This document shows, piece by piece, positions 29,574 to 39,241 of a stretch of DNA of 64,000 nucleotides. The position numbers and the translations under genes were made by a program. Each line of letters starts with the position of its first letter. Position 1 is the first letter of the stretch. The stretch comes from an uncultured Spirochaetota bacterium. Lineage in GTDB: Bacteria; Spirochaetota; Spirochaetia; SZUA-6; CAVTHK01. Where the stretch lies: contig CAVTHK010000011.1 in NCBI GenBank assembly GCA_963734495.1, positions 224,001 to 288,000 of the forward strand. The letters are read 5' to 3'. Under the pieces are notes generated by a model, which was not told where the DNA came from, did not search any database, and was given only the letters and a program-made list of their open reading frames with translations.

Positions 29574-31277
29574 ATGATTCCTGACACTCTCAATCTCGAA
29601 CAGCGGGCGGCGCTCGCCGTGGTCAGCATGTGCGGAGTGGCCGACGAGGGCTACGACTACGTCCCCTACATGCACGCGGACCTGACCGCCCGCCCGGCGA
29701 TGCTGCAGCATTCGCCGTGGGACTACGGGCACAGCGTCGGCCGCCTGGTCGACGGGATAGCGCTCGCGCGGCACATGTCGGGGACGACCCATGGAAGCGA
29801 GGTCGAGGAGAAATACCGCGACCTGCTCCTGCGGCTCTTCAAGCCCGACGGGCTGAGCTACCGCCGCGCCTCGGCGGTGAATGACGAGATCGCCAACATG
29901 CACGACCAGACCCACGTGCTGGGGGCGCTCACCGTATGGCACATGCTCACCGGCGAAAGACGCGCCCGGGATGCGGCCGACCGGCTGTGCGAGGCGATGA
30001 AGCGGATCTCGTCAAAGGACCGGGGCTTCTGGTACCTGCCCTCGGTGGAATACACGGAAAAGGGCTGGCCTTCGCGCGACGCGCTTTTCATGCACACTGC
30101 CGCGGACCCGGCGCACACGAACGGCCGGATGATCAATCCCCTCATCAAGTACTACGAGGTGAGCGGGAACCGCGACGCGCTCGAGCTCGCGGAGAACTAC
30201 GCGGCGCAGGTGGTGATGCACTGCGGGGCCTACAACGCGGACGGGAGCTTCAACAGCTCGATGGAGTTCCGCAACGGGCACTTCCACAGCCGCAACGTGA
30301 CTCTCGCCGCGGTCACCAGGTACGCGAAGTACGCGGGCAACGCCTTCTACCTGGACTGGGCCCGGCGGATCTACGACTGGGTGCTCCGCCAGTGTACGCA
30401 GTTCGGCTGGACGCCCGGGGGGCTCAAGCCGAACAAGGCGTACCTGCACGAGACGTGCACCCTGACCGACGTCATCGAGACAGGAATCCTGCTGGCGCAG
30501 TCGGGCTGGCCGGAGTACTGGAACCAGGTCGAGCGCTTCGTCCGCAATCACCTCGTCGAGGCGCAGCTCGTGCGCGTCGACTGGGTCGAAGAGTCGAGCG
30601 ACCGGAGCAAAGACGAGCGCGGCGAGCGCACCTTCTACAAGGTCGGCGAGCGCATGCTGGGCGCGTTCGCGGGATACGGAGCTCCCAACGACTTCGTGTG
30701 CGAGCAGGGCCACCGAGGCGGGTACCGCTGGGACGTCCAGACCTGCTGTCTCGGGAGCGGAACGAGGGGACTGTTTCTCGCCTGGAGCAACGCAGTCACG
30801 GAGCAGGCGGGGCGAGTGAGCGTAAACCTTCTCATAAACCGTTCCACGAAATGGGCGGACGTGCACAGCTATCTGCCCCACGAAGGGAAGGTAGAAGTCG
30901 TGCTCAAGCAGGATCTGCCGGAGCTGCTCGTGCGCGTGCCGGACTGGGCGGGCTACGACCTGGTGGAGACTACGCTTGCCCGGGAGGGAAGCGCGGCCCA
31001 GCCGTGCGCGCACGGCTGGGGCTACAAGGAGGCGCACGTCACGGTCGGGCCCCTCAAGCGGGGTGACACGGTGACCGTGGCATTTCCCGTGCGGAAGCAG
31101 AAGACGCGGGAGAAGGCCGTGGATTTCGTATACGAGACGGAGTGGCGCGGCGACGACGTGGTGGGGATCAGCCCGGGCGGCACCCATTACCCGCTGTACG
31201 CTTCACGGAAGGTGCTGGACAAGGCCCCTATGAAGAAGGACGACCTGCGGAGAAACGAGCGGGAGATCCGCTGGTGA
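29574..31277 (+). CDS. Divergent GH127/GH146-like (alpha/alpha)6-barrel protein, paralog A
   Basis: GHFHS, HETCT, ERFVRNHLVEAQ, QTCCLGSG, VNLLINR..SYLPHEGKV, VRVPDWA; resembles the GH127 E-x-C...CC Zn site and beta-sandwich. Confidence 0.6.
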   Translation: MIPDTLNLEQRAALAVVSMCGVADEGYDYVPYMHADLTARPAMLQHSPWDYGHSVGRLVDGIALARHMSGTTHGSEVEEKYRDLLLRLFKPDGLSYRRASAVNDEIANMHDQTHVLGALTVWHMLTGERRARDAADRLCEAMKRISSKDRGFWYLPSVEYTEKGWPSRDALFMHTAADPAHTNGRMINPLIKYYEVSGNRDALELAENYAAQVVMHCGAYNADGSFNSSMEFRNGHFHSRNVTLAAVTRYAKYAGNAFYLDWARRIYDWVLRQCTQFGWTPGGLKPNKAYLHETCTLTDVIETGILLAQSGWPEYWNQVERFVRNHLVEAQLVRVDWVEESSDRSKDERGERTFYKVGERMLGAFAGYGAPNDFVCEQGHRGGYRWDVQTCCLGSGTRGLFLAWSNAVTEQAGRVSVNLLINRSTKWADVHSYLPHEGKVEVVLKQDLPELLVRVPDWAGYDLVETTLAREGSAAQPCAHGWGYKEAHVTVGPLKRGDTVTVAFPVRKQKTREKAVDFVYETEWRGDDVVGISPGGTHYPLYASRKVLDKAPMKKDDLRRNEREIRW

Positions 31278-33001
31278 GCGCGATCGGATCGGGCGCGAAG
31301 GCGCTCGCGAGGGTCCGCGGCGGCGAAGTGCCGGACACCCTCGTGCTTGAGGACCGAGCGGCGCTGGCCGTCAACGCGCTCGAAGGCTGCGTGGACCAGG
31401 ACCACGGCTCTATCCCGTACATGTTCGTCGACCTTGTTTCGAAGCCGGCGACGATGAGCCACTCCTGCTGGGACTACGGATCGAGCACCGGAAGGCTCGT
31501 GGATTCGCTCGTTCTTGCGAGGGCGATGGTGGGGAACGACGAGCCAAGCGACGTCGAAACGGCGCTCCGCCGCAACCTGCTCGGCTTCCTGCACGAAGAC
31601 GGTCTCAGCTACCGAAGGCGCTCGGCTTTCAGCGAGCCCAACGCCAACATGCACGACCAGCGCGCCACGCTCCTCGGCCTCACGAGCTGGTACTCGGCCG
31701 AAGGCGATGAGACGGCCCGGGCGGCGGCGGACCGGCTCTGCGGGGCCCTCAAGCGGATCTCGCTCAAGGAGAGCGATTTCTGGTACTTCCCGTGCGTCGA
31801 ATACACGGAGCACGGCTGGCCTTCGCCCGACACGCTCTACATGCACACCGCCGTCGACCCCGCTCACACAAACGCGCGGATCATCAACCCGCTGGTGAGG
31901 TTTCACCGCGCGAGCGGCAACAGCGAAGCGCTCGAGCTTGCCGAGAACTACGTCCGGCACACGGTCCACTACAGCGGGGCGTACAACCGCGACGGAAGCT
32001 TCAACGACGGGATGGAATTCCGCAACGGGCACTTCCACAGCAGGATGGTGAGCCTCGCGGGCATCGCGAAGTTCGCCCAGCTCACGGGCGACGCCTTCTA
32101 CTTGAACCGGGTCAAACGCATCTATGACTGGGCTCTGTCGAAGTCCACCGCCTTCGGCTGGACTCCCGGGTCCCTGAGGAAGAACAAGGCGTACCATCAC
32201 GAGACCTGCACGTTGTGCGACATGATCGAGACCGGTATCATCCTCGCATCCGGCGGCTACCCGGAATACTGGCAGTGCGTCGAGCGCTTCGTGCGCAACC
32301 ACCTGGTCGAGGCGCAGCTCGTCGACACGGACTGGGTCGCCGAGTCGGACGGCAAGGCCGCGGATACCCCGGAGCAGACCGTCCGGCGGGTCGCGAGCAG
32401 GTCGCGCGGCGGGTTCGCCGGCTGGGCAGCGCCGAACGACTTTGTCTGCGAAACGGGGCACCGGTTCGACATCATGACCTGCTGCTCCGCCCACGGGACG
32501 AGGGCGCTGTACCTCGCGTGGACCGCCGCAGTCTCTCGGGAAGGCTCGCGGGTGCGCGTCAATCTCCTGCTTAACCGCTCGACCCCCGAGCTGGACGTCT
32601 ACAGCCTTCTCCCGCACGAGGGAGTGGTCGTCGTGCGAGTCAAGAAGCGCATCGGCGATCTGCAGGTCCGCCTGCCGCGCTGGGCGCCGCCGGACGCTGT
32701 CGCGGTCGAGAGGAACGCACGTGCCTCCGCAGACAGCGGGATGCCGGTTCTGGCCGGCCCCTTTCTCAAGGTGGGCGCCTGCGCGGAGGGTGAGGATATC
32801 GTGGTCCGCTTTCCCGTCGTCACGGCTCGAACGACAGATCGGGCATGGGACCAGGACTTCGACACGGAGTGGCGCGGGGACAACGTGGTGTCCATAAAGC
32901 CGGGCGGCAGGCACTGCCCGTTCTATCGCAGGCAAAGCACGGGTCCGGAGTGCCCCTACACGAGGCGCTCGATCCGGGAAGCAGAGAGCGCGGCGCTGTA
33001 G
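31274..33001 (+). CDS. Divergent GH127/GH146-like (alpha/alpha)6-barrel protein, paralog B
   Basis: Clear paralog of the upstream gene (shared DPAHTN, MEFRNGHFHSR, HETCTL, ERFVRNHLVEAQL, TCC, EWRGD); GTGA overlap. Confidence 0.6.
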   Translation: MSAIGSGAKALARVRGGEVPDTLVLEDRAALAVNALEGCVDQDHGSIPYMFVDLVSKPATMSHSCWDYGSSTGRLVDSLVLARAMVGNDEPSDVETALRRNLLGFLHEDGLSYRRRSAFSEPNANMHDQRATLLGLTSWYSAEGDETARAAADRLCGALKRISLKESDFWYFPCVEYTEHGWPSPDTLYMHTAVDPAHTNARIINPLVRFHRASGNSEALELAENYVRHTVHYSGAYNRDGSFNDGMEFRNGHFHSRMVSLAGIAKFAQLTGDAFYLNRVKRIYDWALSKSTAFGWTPGSLRKNKAYHHETCTLCDMIETGIILASGGYPEYWQCVERFVRNHLVEAQLVDTDWVAESDGKAADTPEQTVRRVASRSRGGFAGWAAPNDFVCETGHRFDIMTCCSAHGTRALYLAWTAAVSREGSRVRVNLLLNRSTPELDVYSLLPHEGVVVVRVKKRIGDLQVRLPRWAPPDAVAVERNARASADSGMPVLAGPFLKVGACAEGEDIVVRFPVVTARTTDRAWDQDFDTEWRGDNVVSIKPGGRHCPFYRRQSTGPECPYTRRSIREAESAAL

Positions 33002-33027
33002 GCGGCCGTGGAGAGAAAGGAGCCCAA

Positions 33028-33699
33028 GTGGCAACAGTCGTAGCAGTCTACACCGGTCAGGGTCTGATGGAGAGCGTCCGCGCCCTGTTCGCCAAAGCGC
33101 TTCCGGGCGTCAGGCTGGTCAACATCATAGACGACAGCATCATCGCGGACGTGATCGCGGCGGGCCGGGTGACGACGAACGTCTCGCGACGCCTCATCGG
33201 CTATTTCTACACCGCACGCGACATAGGCGCTGACGTGATCCTGAGCACGTGCTCCTCGGTCGGAGACCTCATCCCGATCGCCCGCAGGCTCATCGACACG
33301 CCGATCGTGCGGATCGACGAGGCGATGGCGAGACAGGCGGTCGAGGCGGGAGGCACCATCGGCGTGCTCGCTACGCTCGCGACGACGCTGGATCCCACGG
33401 TCAGGCTGGTCAAGTCCATAGCGGACGAATCGAAGGGGAAAGTACGTGTTCTCGAGGGGCTCGCGCAAGGCGCGTATCAGGCCCTCGTCGCGGGCAAGCC
33501 CGAAGAGCACGACCGGCTTCTGATGGCCCAGGCAGTCAAGATGGCCTCGGAAGCGGACACGATCGTCCTTGCCCAGGGCTCGATGGCGAGGATGCAGGAG
33601 GCGATCGGGAAGCAGACGGGCCGCCGCGTGCTGGCCAGCCCGCAACTCGGGGTCGCTGCGGTGGCGGAGATACTGGCTGCAACGGCAAGAGCCATCTGA
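33028..33699 (+). CDS. Asp/Glu/hydantoin racemase superfamily protein (single-Cys type)
   Basis: ADVILSTCSSVG, RIDEAMA, IGVLATLATTLDPT, IVLAQGSMA, VLASP. Confidence 0.8.
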   Translation: MATVVAVYTGQGLMESVRALFAKALPGVRLVNIIDDSIIADVIAAGRVTTNVSRRLIGYFYTARDIGADVILSTCSSVGDLIPIARRLIDTPIVRIDEAMARQAVEAGGTIGVLATLATTLDPTVRLVKSIADESKGKVRVLEGLAQGAYQALVAGKPEEHDRLLMAQAVKMASEADTIVLAQGSMARMQEAIGKQTGRRVLASPQLGVAAVAEILAATARAI

Positions 33700-34115
33700 T
33701 TGAACGGACAAAAAGGATCGTCAAGCACAACAGATGCTGCGCCGGGGGCGGCGGCGAAGATGTGAAGCAAGTTGAAGAAGGGCCTGGGTCCTTGAAATAG
33801 AACCGTTTGGTGCCGGACAGATGCGGCAGGCGCTTGAAGAGACTGTTCTCGATTTGCCATCGCAGGTGTGCGGCCTCGCGTAGTTCCTCTATCGACAGCG
33901 AGAGGTCAGTGGTGACGATCCAGCAGGTGATGGTGGGACGGCCGCGGCGTTTGAAGTAGATCTCGGTGAGTTCCACGAACTGGACTGGCACCCGGCGAAC
34001 GAGCCTGGAGTCTGCCGAGCTCGCCAGAGGCAGAGCCTGAGGCTGTCGAAGCCGTGGGCTTCGTTGTCGCCTCCGAAGTGACAGAGGAGGTTGAAGGCGT
34101 CCTTGGTGTCCACAC
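33700..34115 (-). mobile_element. Degraded DDE transposase fragment (IS4-superfamily-like remnant)
   Basis: WIVTTDLSLSIEELREAAHLRWQIENSLFKRL = RWxIE motif; fragmentary and frameshifted. Confidence 0.65.
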
Positions 34116-34303
34116 TGGAATTCCCTCGATTCGGCGGACAGGGTCCTTAAGGTGTTGACGCCTCAGAAGCGGCCTTCTCGGCGGGTCTCGGGACAGGTGG
34201 TATCTACGGACCCCCGAAATGGGCCTCCTCAAATCCCATGCCAACCAGTCTCCCTTTGCCACGCCCTTGCAGACGGCGAACTTCTGCAGCGATAGCGTGA
34301 CAC

Positions 34304-34332
34304 TTGACATGCCGACTAACATGCTATAGAAT
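34304..34332 (+). promoter_or_regulatory. Sigma70 promoter with embedded candidate operator (copy 2)
   Basis: TTGACA-17bp-TAGAAT; 25 of 29 nt identical to 25434-25462. Confidence 0.75.
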
Positions 34333-34377
34333 CCGCTCGATAATGGGGTGCTCTCGATTTCATCAAGGAGGCTTCGT

Positions 34378-35685
34378 ATGGGAAGGATCGCAAGGCTGTG
34401 TGTGATCGTCGCGGCGCTCGCCTTGATAGGGTCCGGCATCTGGGCCGAGGGCAAGGCCGAGCAGAAGGCGAGTGGCAAGGGTGCTCAGGTGCTCGATGTG
34501 CTGTGGCACGTCTGTCCGGCGGGTCGAGAGACGAGCAAGCTGCACGGCGAGTTCGAGAAGCTCTTTCCGGGAGTCCAGGTCAAGTTCAGTGAGATCAGCG
34601 GACCCCTGATCAACCAGAAGATTGCCCTGGAGTGGGCCGCGAAGACCAAGGCGTTTGACGTCGTCAACACGGCGGAGACCGACCGCATGTGGTCGATGAA
34701 AGCCGCGCTGAGCCTCAATCCGATGATCGAAAAGGACGACCCGAAAAGCATCCAGATCGACGACATTCTGGCGCCCACCAAAGTCTCGATGGTCAGGGAC
34801 GGCCAGTGGCTGGGCCTGCCCGTACGGAACGACACCCGCCTGATGTACTACAACACCCGCATGTTCAAGAACGCGGGGCTGGACCCATCGAAGCGTCTCA
34901 AGACCTTCGACGAAACGCTGCAGGCCGCGCTCAAGCTGAACGATCCTGCAAAGGACATCGCCGGCTTTATCGTCGGCTACATGGCGCAGTACTCCTATGT
35001 CTGGGTTGCCCCTTACTACATCGAGAGCTTCGGCGGCCAGATGTTCGACACCAAGTGGCATCCCACGTTCAACTCCCCCGAGGGCGTGCGCGCGATGCAG
35101 TTCTATGTGGACCTGTATCGGAAGCACAAGGTAACGTTGCCGGAGGCTCTGAACGTCGATCACCCGGAGCAGACGACCGCGCTCCTGAACGCCCGCGGTG
35201 CCATGAACATCAACGTCCCTGCGCGGTGGGCGGACCAATTCAAACCAGAGTTCCCAAAGGTCAAAGGCGACCTGACCGCGGCTGCACCTCCCGGCGACAA
35301 GCGCAATCACAACATTACGGCGGCCTGGGGTCTCTTCGTGATGGCAGACAGCGACACGCCGCAGCTTGCCTACGAGTACGTGAAATGGGCGTCCTCGACC
35401 GCGATCCAGAAGCGAATCATCAAGGTGGGTGGCGACTGCAATCCGACCCGTATGTCTGTTATCGCGGATCTGGAGATGCAGAAGGAGTTCCCGGTCTTCA
35501 AGGCGCTCTACGACATCGGGGCCGATGCCTATCCATCGCCCATGTTGCCCGAGAGCGCGCAGGTCGGCGACATCGTCAGCAAGTATCTGAGGCTCGCAGC
35601 CAACGGCGAAATGACCGCCGAGGCCGCCGTGGCGACAGCTTCACAAAAGGTGGACCAGCTCCTGCAGGCGCTCGGTAAGTACTGA
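34378..35685 (+). CDS. Sugar ABC transporter substrate-binding protein
   Basis: Signal peptide; LMYYNTRMF, PTFNSPEG, WGLFV; AAGGAGG RBS. Confidence 0.9.
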   Translation: MGRIARLCVIVAALALIGSGIWAEGKAEQKASGKGAQVLDVLWHVCPAGRETSKLHGEFEKLFPGVQVKFSEISGPLINQKIALEWAAKTKAFDVVNTAETDRMWSMKAALSLNPMIEKDDPKSIQIDDILAPTKVSMVRDGQWLGLPVRNDTRLMYYNTRMFKNAGLDPSKRLKTFDETLQAALKLNDPAKDIAGFIVGYMAQYSYVWVAPYYIESFGGQMFDTKWHPTFNSPEGVRAMQFYVDLYRKHKVTLPEALNVDHPEQTTALLNARGAMNINVPARWADQFKPEFPKVKGDLTAAAPPGDKRNHNITAAWGLFVMADSDTPQLAYEYVKWASSTAIQKRIIKVGGDCNPTRMSVIADLEMQKEFPVFKALYDIGADAYPSPMLPESAQVGDIVSKYLRLAANGEMTAEAAVATASQKVDQLLQALGKY

Positions 35686-35763
35686 CGACGCGATCCCGTG
35701 GTGTGCGGAGAGCCGGTAAGCGATCCGCACACCGGTCCATTTGCGGGTGAATCGAGGCGTGCC

Positions 35764-36998
35764 ATGCTGACGCGCAAACAGAGGCAGTACGTGGGCAAGC
35801 TACCTCATGGTCCTGCCCGCGTTCCTGTTGCTCGTGATGGTGGTTCTCTACCCCTTGGCGAACTCGTTCGTATTGTCAATGAGCCGTTACAGTCTCCAGA
35901 CGCCTCACCTCGGCATGAAGTATGTTGGGCTGAGCAACTTCTCGGCGTTGCTCGCGGATGTCGAGAACTACAGTGCCTTTCTACGAACTTTCGAGTACAC
36001 GCTGTGGGTCGTTGGGATTGGCCAGGTGCTTGCAGGGTTCGTCGCAAGCGCGCTGAACAAGGCCTTTGTGTGGCAGAAGACCGCGCGTGTGCTGATACTC
36101 CTGCCGATGTTTCTCGCGCCGGTCGCCTCCGGCGCAATGTGGCGGCTCATGTACGACTACCAGTACGGAGTCTTCAACTACCTGGTACAGCAATTGGGCA
36201 TGCCGAAGATGATGTGGCTCGGGCAGCCGCAGTTGGCCATGGAAAGCGTTATTGCGGCTGGAGTGTGGGGTAGCATGCCCTTCGCGGTTCTGATGACACT
36301 GGCTGGCCTCCAGTCACTTCCCGTCGATCTCTACGAGGCCGCGAGGATCGACGGAGCGTAAAGTGGCACCTCTTCCGCTACCTGACGGTCCCTCTCATGG
36401 CGCCCATCTTCATGATAGTCATCATGATCAGGACGATGGACTCCATCAGGACGTTCGACATGATATGGGCCCTGACTGCCGGCGGTCCCGGAACGCGGAC
36501 CGAGGTCGTCAGCCTCTACGTGTACAAGAAGTGCTGCTGTTTCCGATGTTCATGCTTCTCAATGCGTATCGCCTCCTGGACACCCGCACGGGGCTTGTTG
36601 TTGTCTACGTGTCCTTTACGCTCCCTTTTGCGGTCTGGGTGATGATCGGGTTCTTCAGGGACCTCCCGCGCGATCTGGAGGACGCAGCGACAATTGACGG
36701 CTGCTCCATGGTGAAGACCTTCTTGTTTATCTTTATTCCGCTTGTTGCGCCGGCGTTTGCGGCGGTGGGCATTCTCAACTGGTCGTACTCGTGGAACGAG
36801 TTCCTGTACTCAACCGTCTTGACGCGGGGAAACGCTCTGACTCTGCCGCCTGCCATGTCCAAGCTGTTCCAGGATCATCGGGTGCATTGGCCGGAGCTAT
36901 GCGCGATGGCCTCAGTCATCATCGTCCCCGTAATCGTCGTGGCTACGCTGATGCAGCGCTTCATCGTGAGGGGACTCACGCAGGGCGCCGTCAAGTGA
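35764..36998 (+). pseudogene. Disrupted permease pair: MalF-like (frameshift/stop) joined directly to the 3' half of a MalG-like gene
   Basis: LYEAARIDGA followed by a stop; TAGGPG..SLYVYKK runs straight into LFPMFMLL..LEDAATIDG..GLTQGAVK with the intervening parts missing. Confidence 0.75.
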
Positions 36999-37084
36999 CG
37001 CGGCAGGGGCAGCGGAAACGACGCGCCGAGAGATCGGCGACAGAATACAATCCATTGCCGAATGACTTGGAGGCGGTGTAAGCG

Positions 37085-38479
37085 ATGGCACAAGAAACAA
37101 GGAGTCGCGTAATTGTTCTGACGGACATGGAGAATGAGCCCGACGATTCGCAGACGATGGTCAAGCTCATGATGTACTCGAACGAAATCGACATCGAGGG
37201 CCTGATCGCAGTCACGTCGCGATGGCTGCAGAACAGGGTGTTCCCGGAGTCGATAGTCGATAGAGTCTTGGCATATGGCGAGGTCAGGTCGAACTTGGCC
37301 AAGCACGCGCAAGGCTGGCCAACAGTGGAATACCTCATGTCGAAGATAGGCTCGGGCGTCGTCTGCTCCTCGGGCTACGGCATGGAGGCGGTCGGCGATG
37401 GAAAGAGCACCGACGGATCCAACTTGATCGTTTCTGCGGTCGATCGGCAGGACTCGCGACCCGTTTATGTATGCATTAATGCCGGAGCCAACACGCTGGC
37501 ACAGGCTCTCTGGGATGTGCGGAAGTCAAGGTCTGCGCGCGAAGTCGAGCAGTTCGTAGCCAGACTGCGAGTCTACGATGACGCAGGACAGGACGACGCA
37601 GGAGCGTGGATGTGCCACGAGTTTCCGGAGATCTTCTACATCCGCAGCCAGACTCAGGTGTTCGGACTGTATGGGGGCGGCGACGGTTTCGCGGGAGGGC
37701 CGCAGGTCTGCCATCCGTCTCAGGAGGCCTGGGCCAACGAGAATATTCGGCGTGGGCACGGGATTCTGGGCGCCATGTATCCTCAGCGCCTCATGAAAGA
37801 CTACAACATGCACGTAAAGTATTTCCCCCTGGACGGAGGGGGCACAACGACCTGGCTGGGGCACGTGAACAAAGGCCTCTATGACCCGACCCAGCCGAGT
37901 TGGGGCGGCTGGGGAGGGCGGTTCACCGCCGTCAAACACGAGAACGTCGCGGCTTCGATCGAAGCGGTGCGACCGATCGAGGCGGCATACAGGCCATACT
38001 GGATGTACAAGCAGGCGGCAGACACCTGGAGCGACGGACAAACGACATGGGAGAACAACGTGTTTGCGCCCCTGTTCCGTTGGCGCCAGGACTACACCAA
38101 CGATTTCCAGGCGCGGATGGACTGGTGTGTCGCTGACCACAGCCAAGCAAACCATCACCCCGTCGCGGTAGTGAACGGCGACAAGACACGAACCGTCTTG
38201 CGGATGCAGGTCGATGTTGGGCAGGAAGTGGTCCTGGATGCTTCCGGTTCGAGCGATCCGGACGGCGATTCACTGACTTATCGCTGGTATCCATATCCTG
38301 AAGCAGGCAGCTACGCCGGCACGATGCCGGTTCAGGATGCGACGAAGGCGCGGGCAAGTTTCCGGGTGCCGAAAGACGCGGCACGCGAGCAGATTCACCT
38401 CGTGCTCGAGGTGGCAGACGCGAATGTCATTGTGAGCCTCAAGTCGTACAGACGGATAGTGCTTGACGTACGGGGTTGA
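37085..38479 (+). CDS. DUF1593 (nucleoside hydrolase-like) protein with C-terminal Ig-like domain, paralog 1
   Basis: VIVLTDMENEPDD, GANTLAQAL, GQDDAGAW, WGGWGGRF, FQARMDW, ANHHP, LDASGSSDPDGD, YRRIV. Confidence 0.85.
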   Translation: MAQETRSRVIVLTDMENEPDDSQTMVKLMMYSNEIDIEGLIAVTSRWLQNRVFPESIVDRVLAYGEVRSNLAKHAQGWPTVEYLMSKIGSGVVCSSGYGMEAVGDGKSTDGSNLIVSAVDRQDSRPVYVCINAGANTLAQALWDVRKSRSAREVEQFVARLRVYDDAGQDDAGAWMCHEFPEIFYIRSQTQVFGLYGGGDGFAGGPQVCHPSQEAWANENIRRGHGILGAMYPQRLMKDYNMHVKYFPLDGGGTTTWLGHVNKGLYDPTQPSWGGWGGRFTAVKHENVAASIEAVRPIEAAYRPYWMYKQAADTWSDGQTTWENNVFAPLFRWRQDYTNDFQARMDWCVADHSQANHHPVAVVNGDKTRTVLRMQVDVGQEVVLDASGSSDPDGDSLTYRWYPYPEAGSYAGTMPVQDATKARASFRVPKDAAREQIHLVLEVADANVIVSLKSYRRIVLDVRG

Positions 38480-38579
38480 CGAGCGCAACGTCCCGGCTCT
38501 GGTGTGGGTCAGCCGGGCCGTCCGCGACCGCATGAAGCAAAGATTCGTCTACGGTTACTCCGGTGGAGGACATCTCAGA

Positions 38580-39200
38580 TGATCAGACGGCAGACCGTGC
38601 TGGATATCGGGGACGGCTCGTTTCAGGTCAACGAAAGACAACCTACGCTCCGGAGGCCGGTCTCCCAGAGGCTTCACCCTGAGTGAAGGGCAAACTCCTG
38701 ATGCCGAAAAGCGCGAACTGGATCTTCGACGATGCGCGCTATCCGGAGTTCGGCAGCGACGACAGCTCGTATTTCGGCAGTGTGTCCTGGGACTACCCGA
38801 ACGGGAAATGGGATCCAGACTGCAACGCGGATGAGTCCATCGCGCAGCTCCCGACCTACTGGAAGCACTGTCTCATGATGGTCAACGTGAACCTGATGGA
38901 TAATCAGCCGGTCGGCAGGGCGGCGTCCCACCGGTGGATCAACTCGGTGTTCACCGCGAAAGGCGATCTGAAGCCGGCATACTAACGCCGTCTCGGGCGA
39001 GTGCTCGAGGCTGTGGACGCCTCCAGTGCCTCGTCGAGTCACGGCACAAGAACATAATGGTTGAGATCGGCAACGAGGGCAATCGTCCCTTGCACAATCA
39101 CTGGATGTTGAGGGGCCAGAGGGTCGTTGAAGCGATCCGGATGGCGAAAGAGGCTTCGCTGAGACAGCGGGCCAGGCGCTCCACACTGAGACGAAGGAGC
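38580..39200 (+). pseudogene. Decayed remnant of a putative TIM-barrel glycoside-hydrolase-like hypothetical gene
   Basis: Fragments WIFDD..WDYPNGKWDPDCN, INSVFTAKGDLKPAY*RRL.RVL, NIMVEIGNE in different frames with internal stops. Confidence 0.45.
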
Positions 39201-39241
39201 GCCACACGTTCTTGAGGCGTTGTCAGGAAAGGGGGTCGTCT

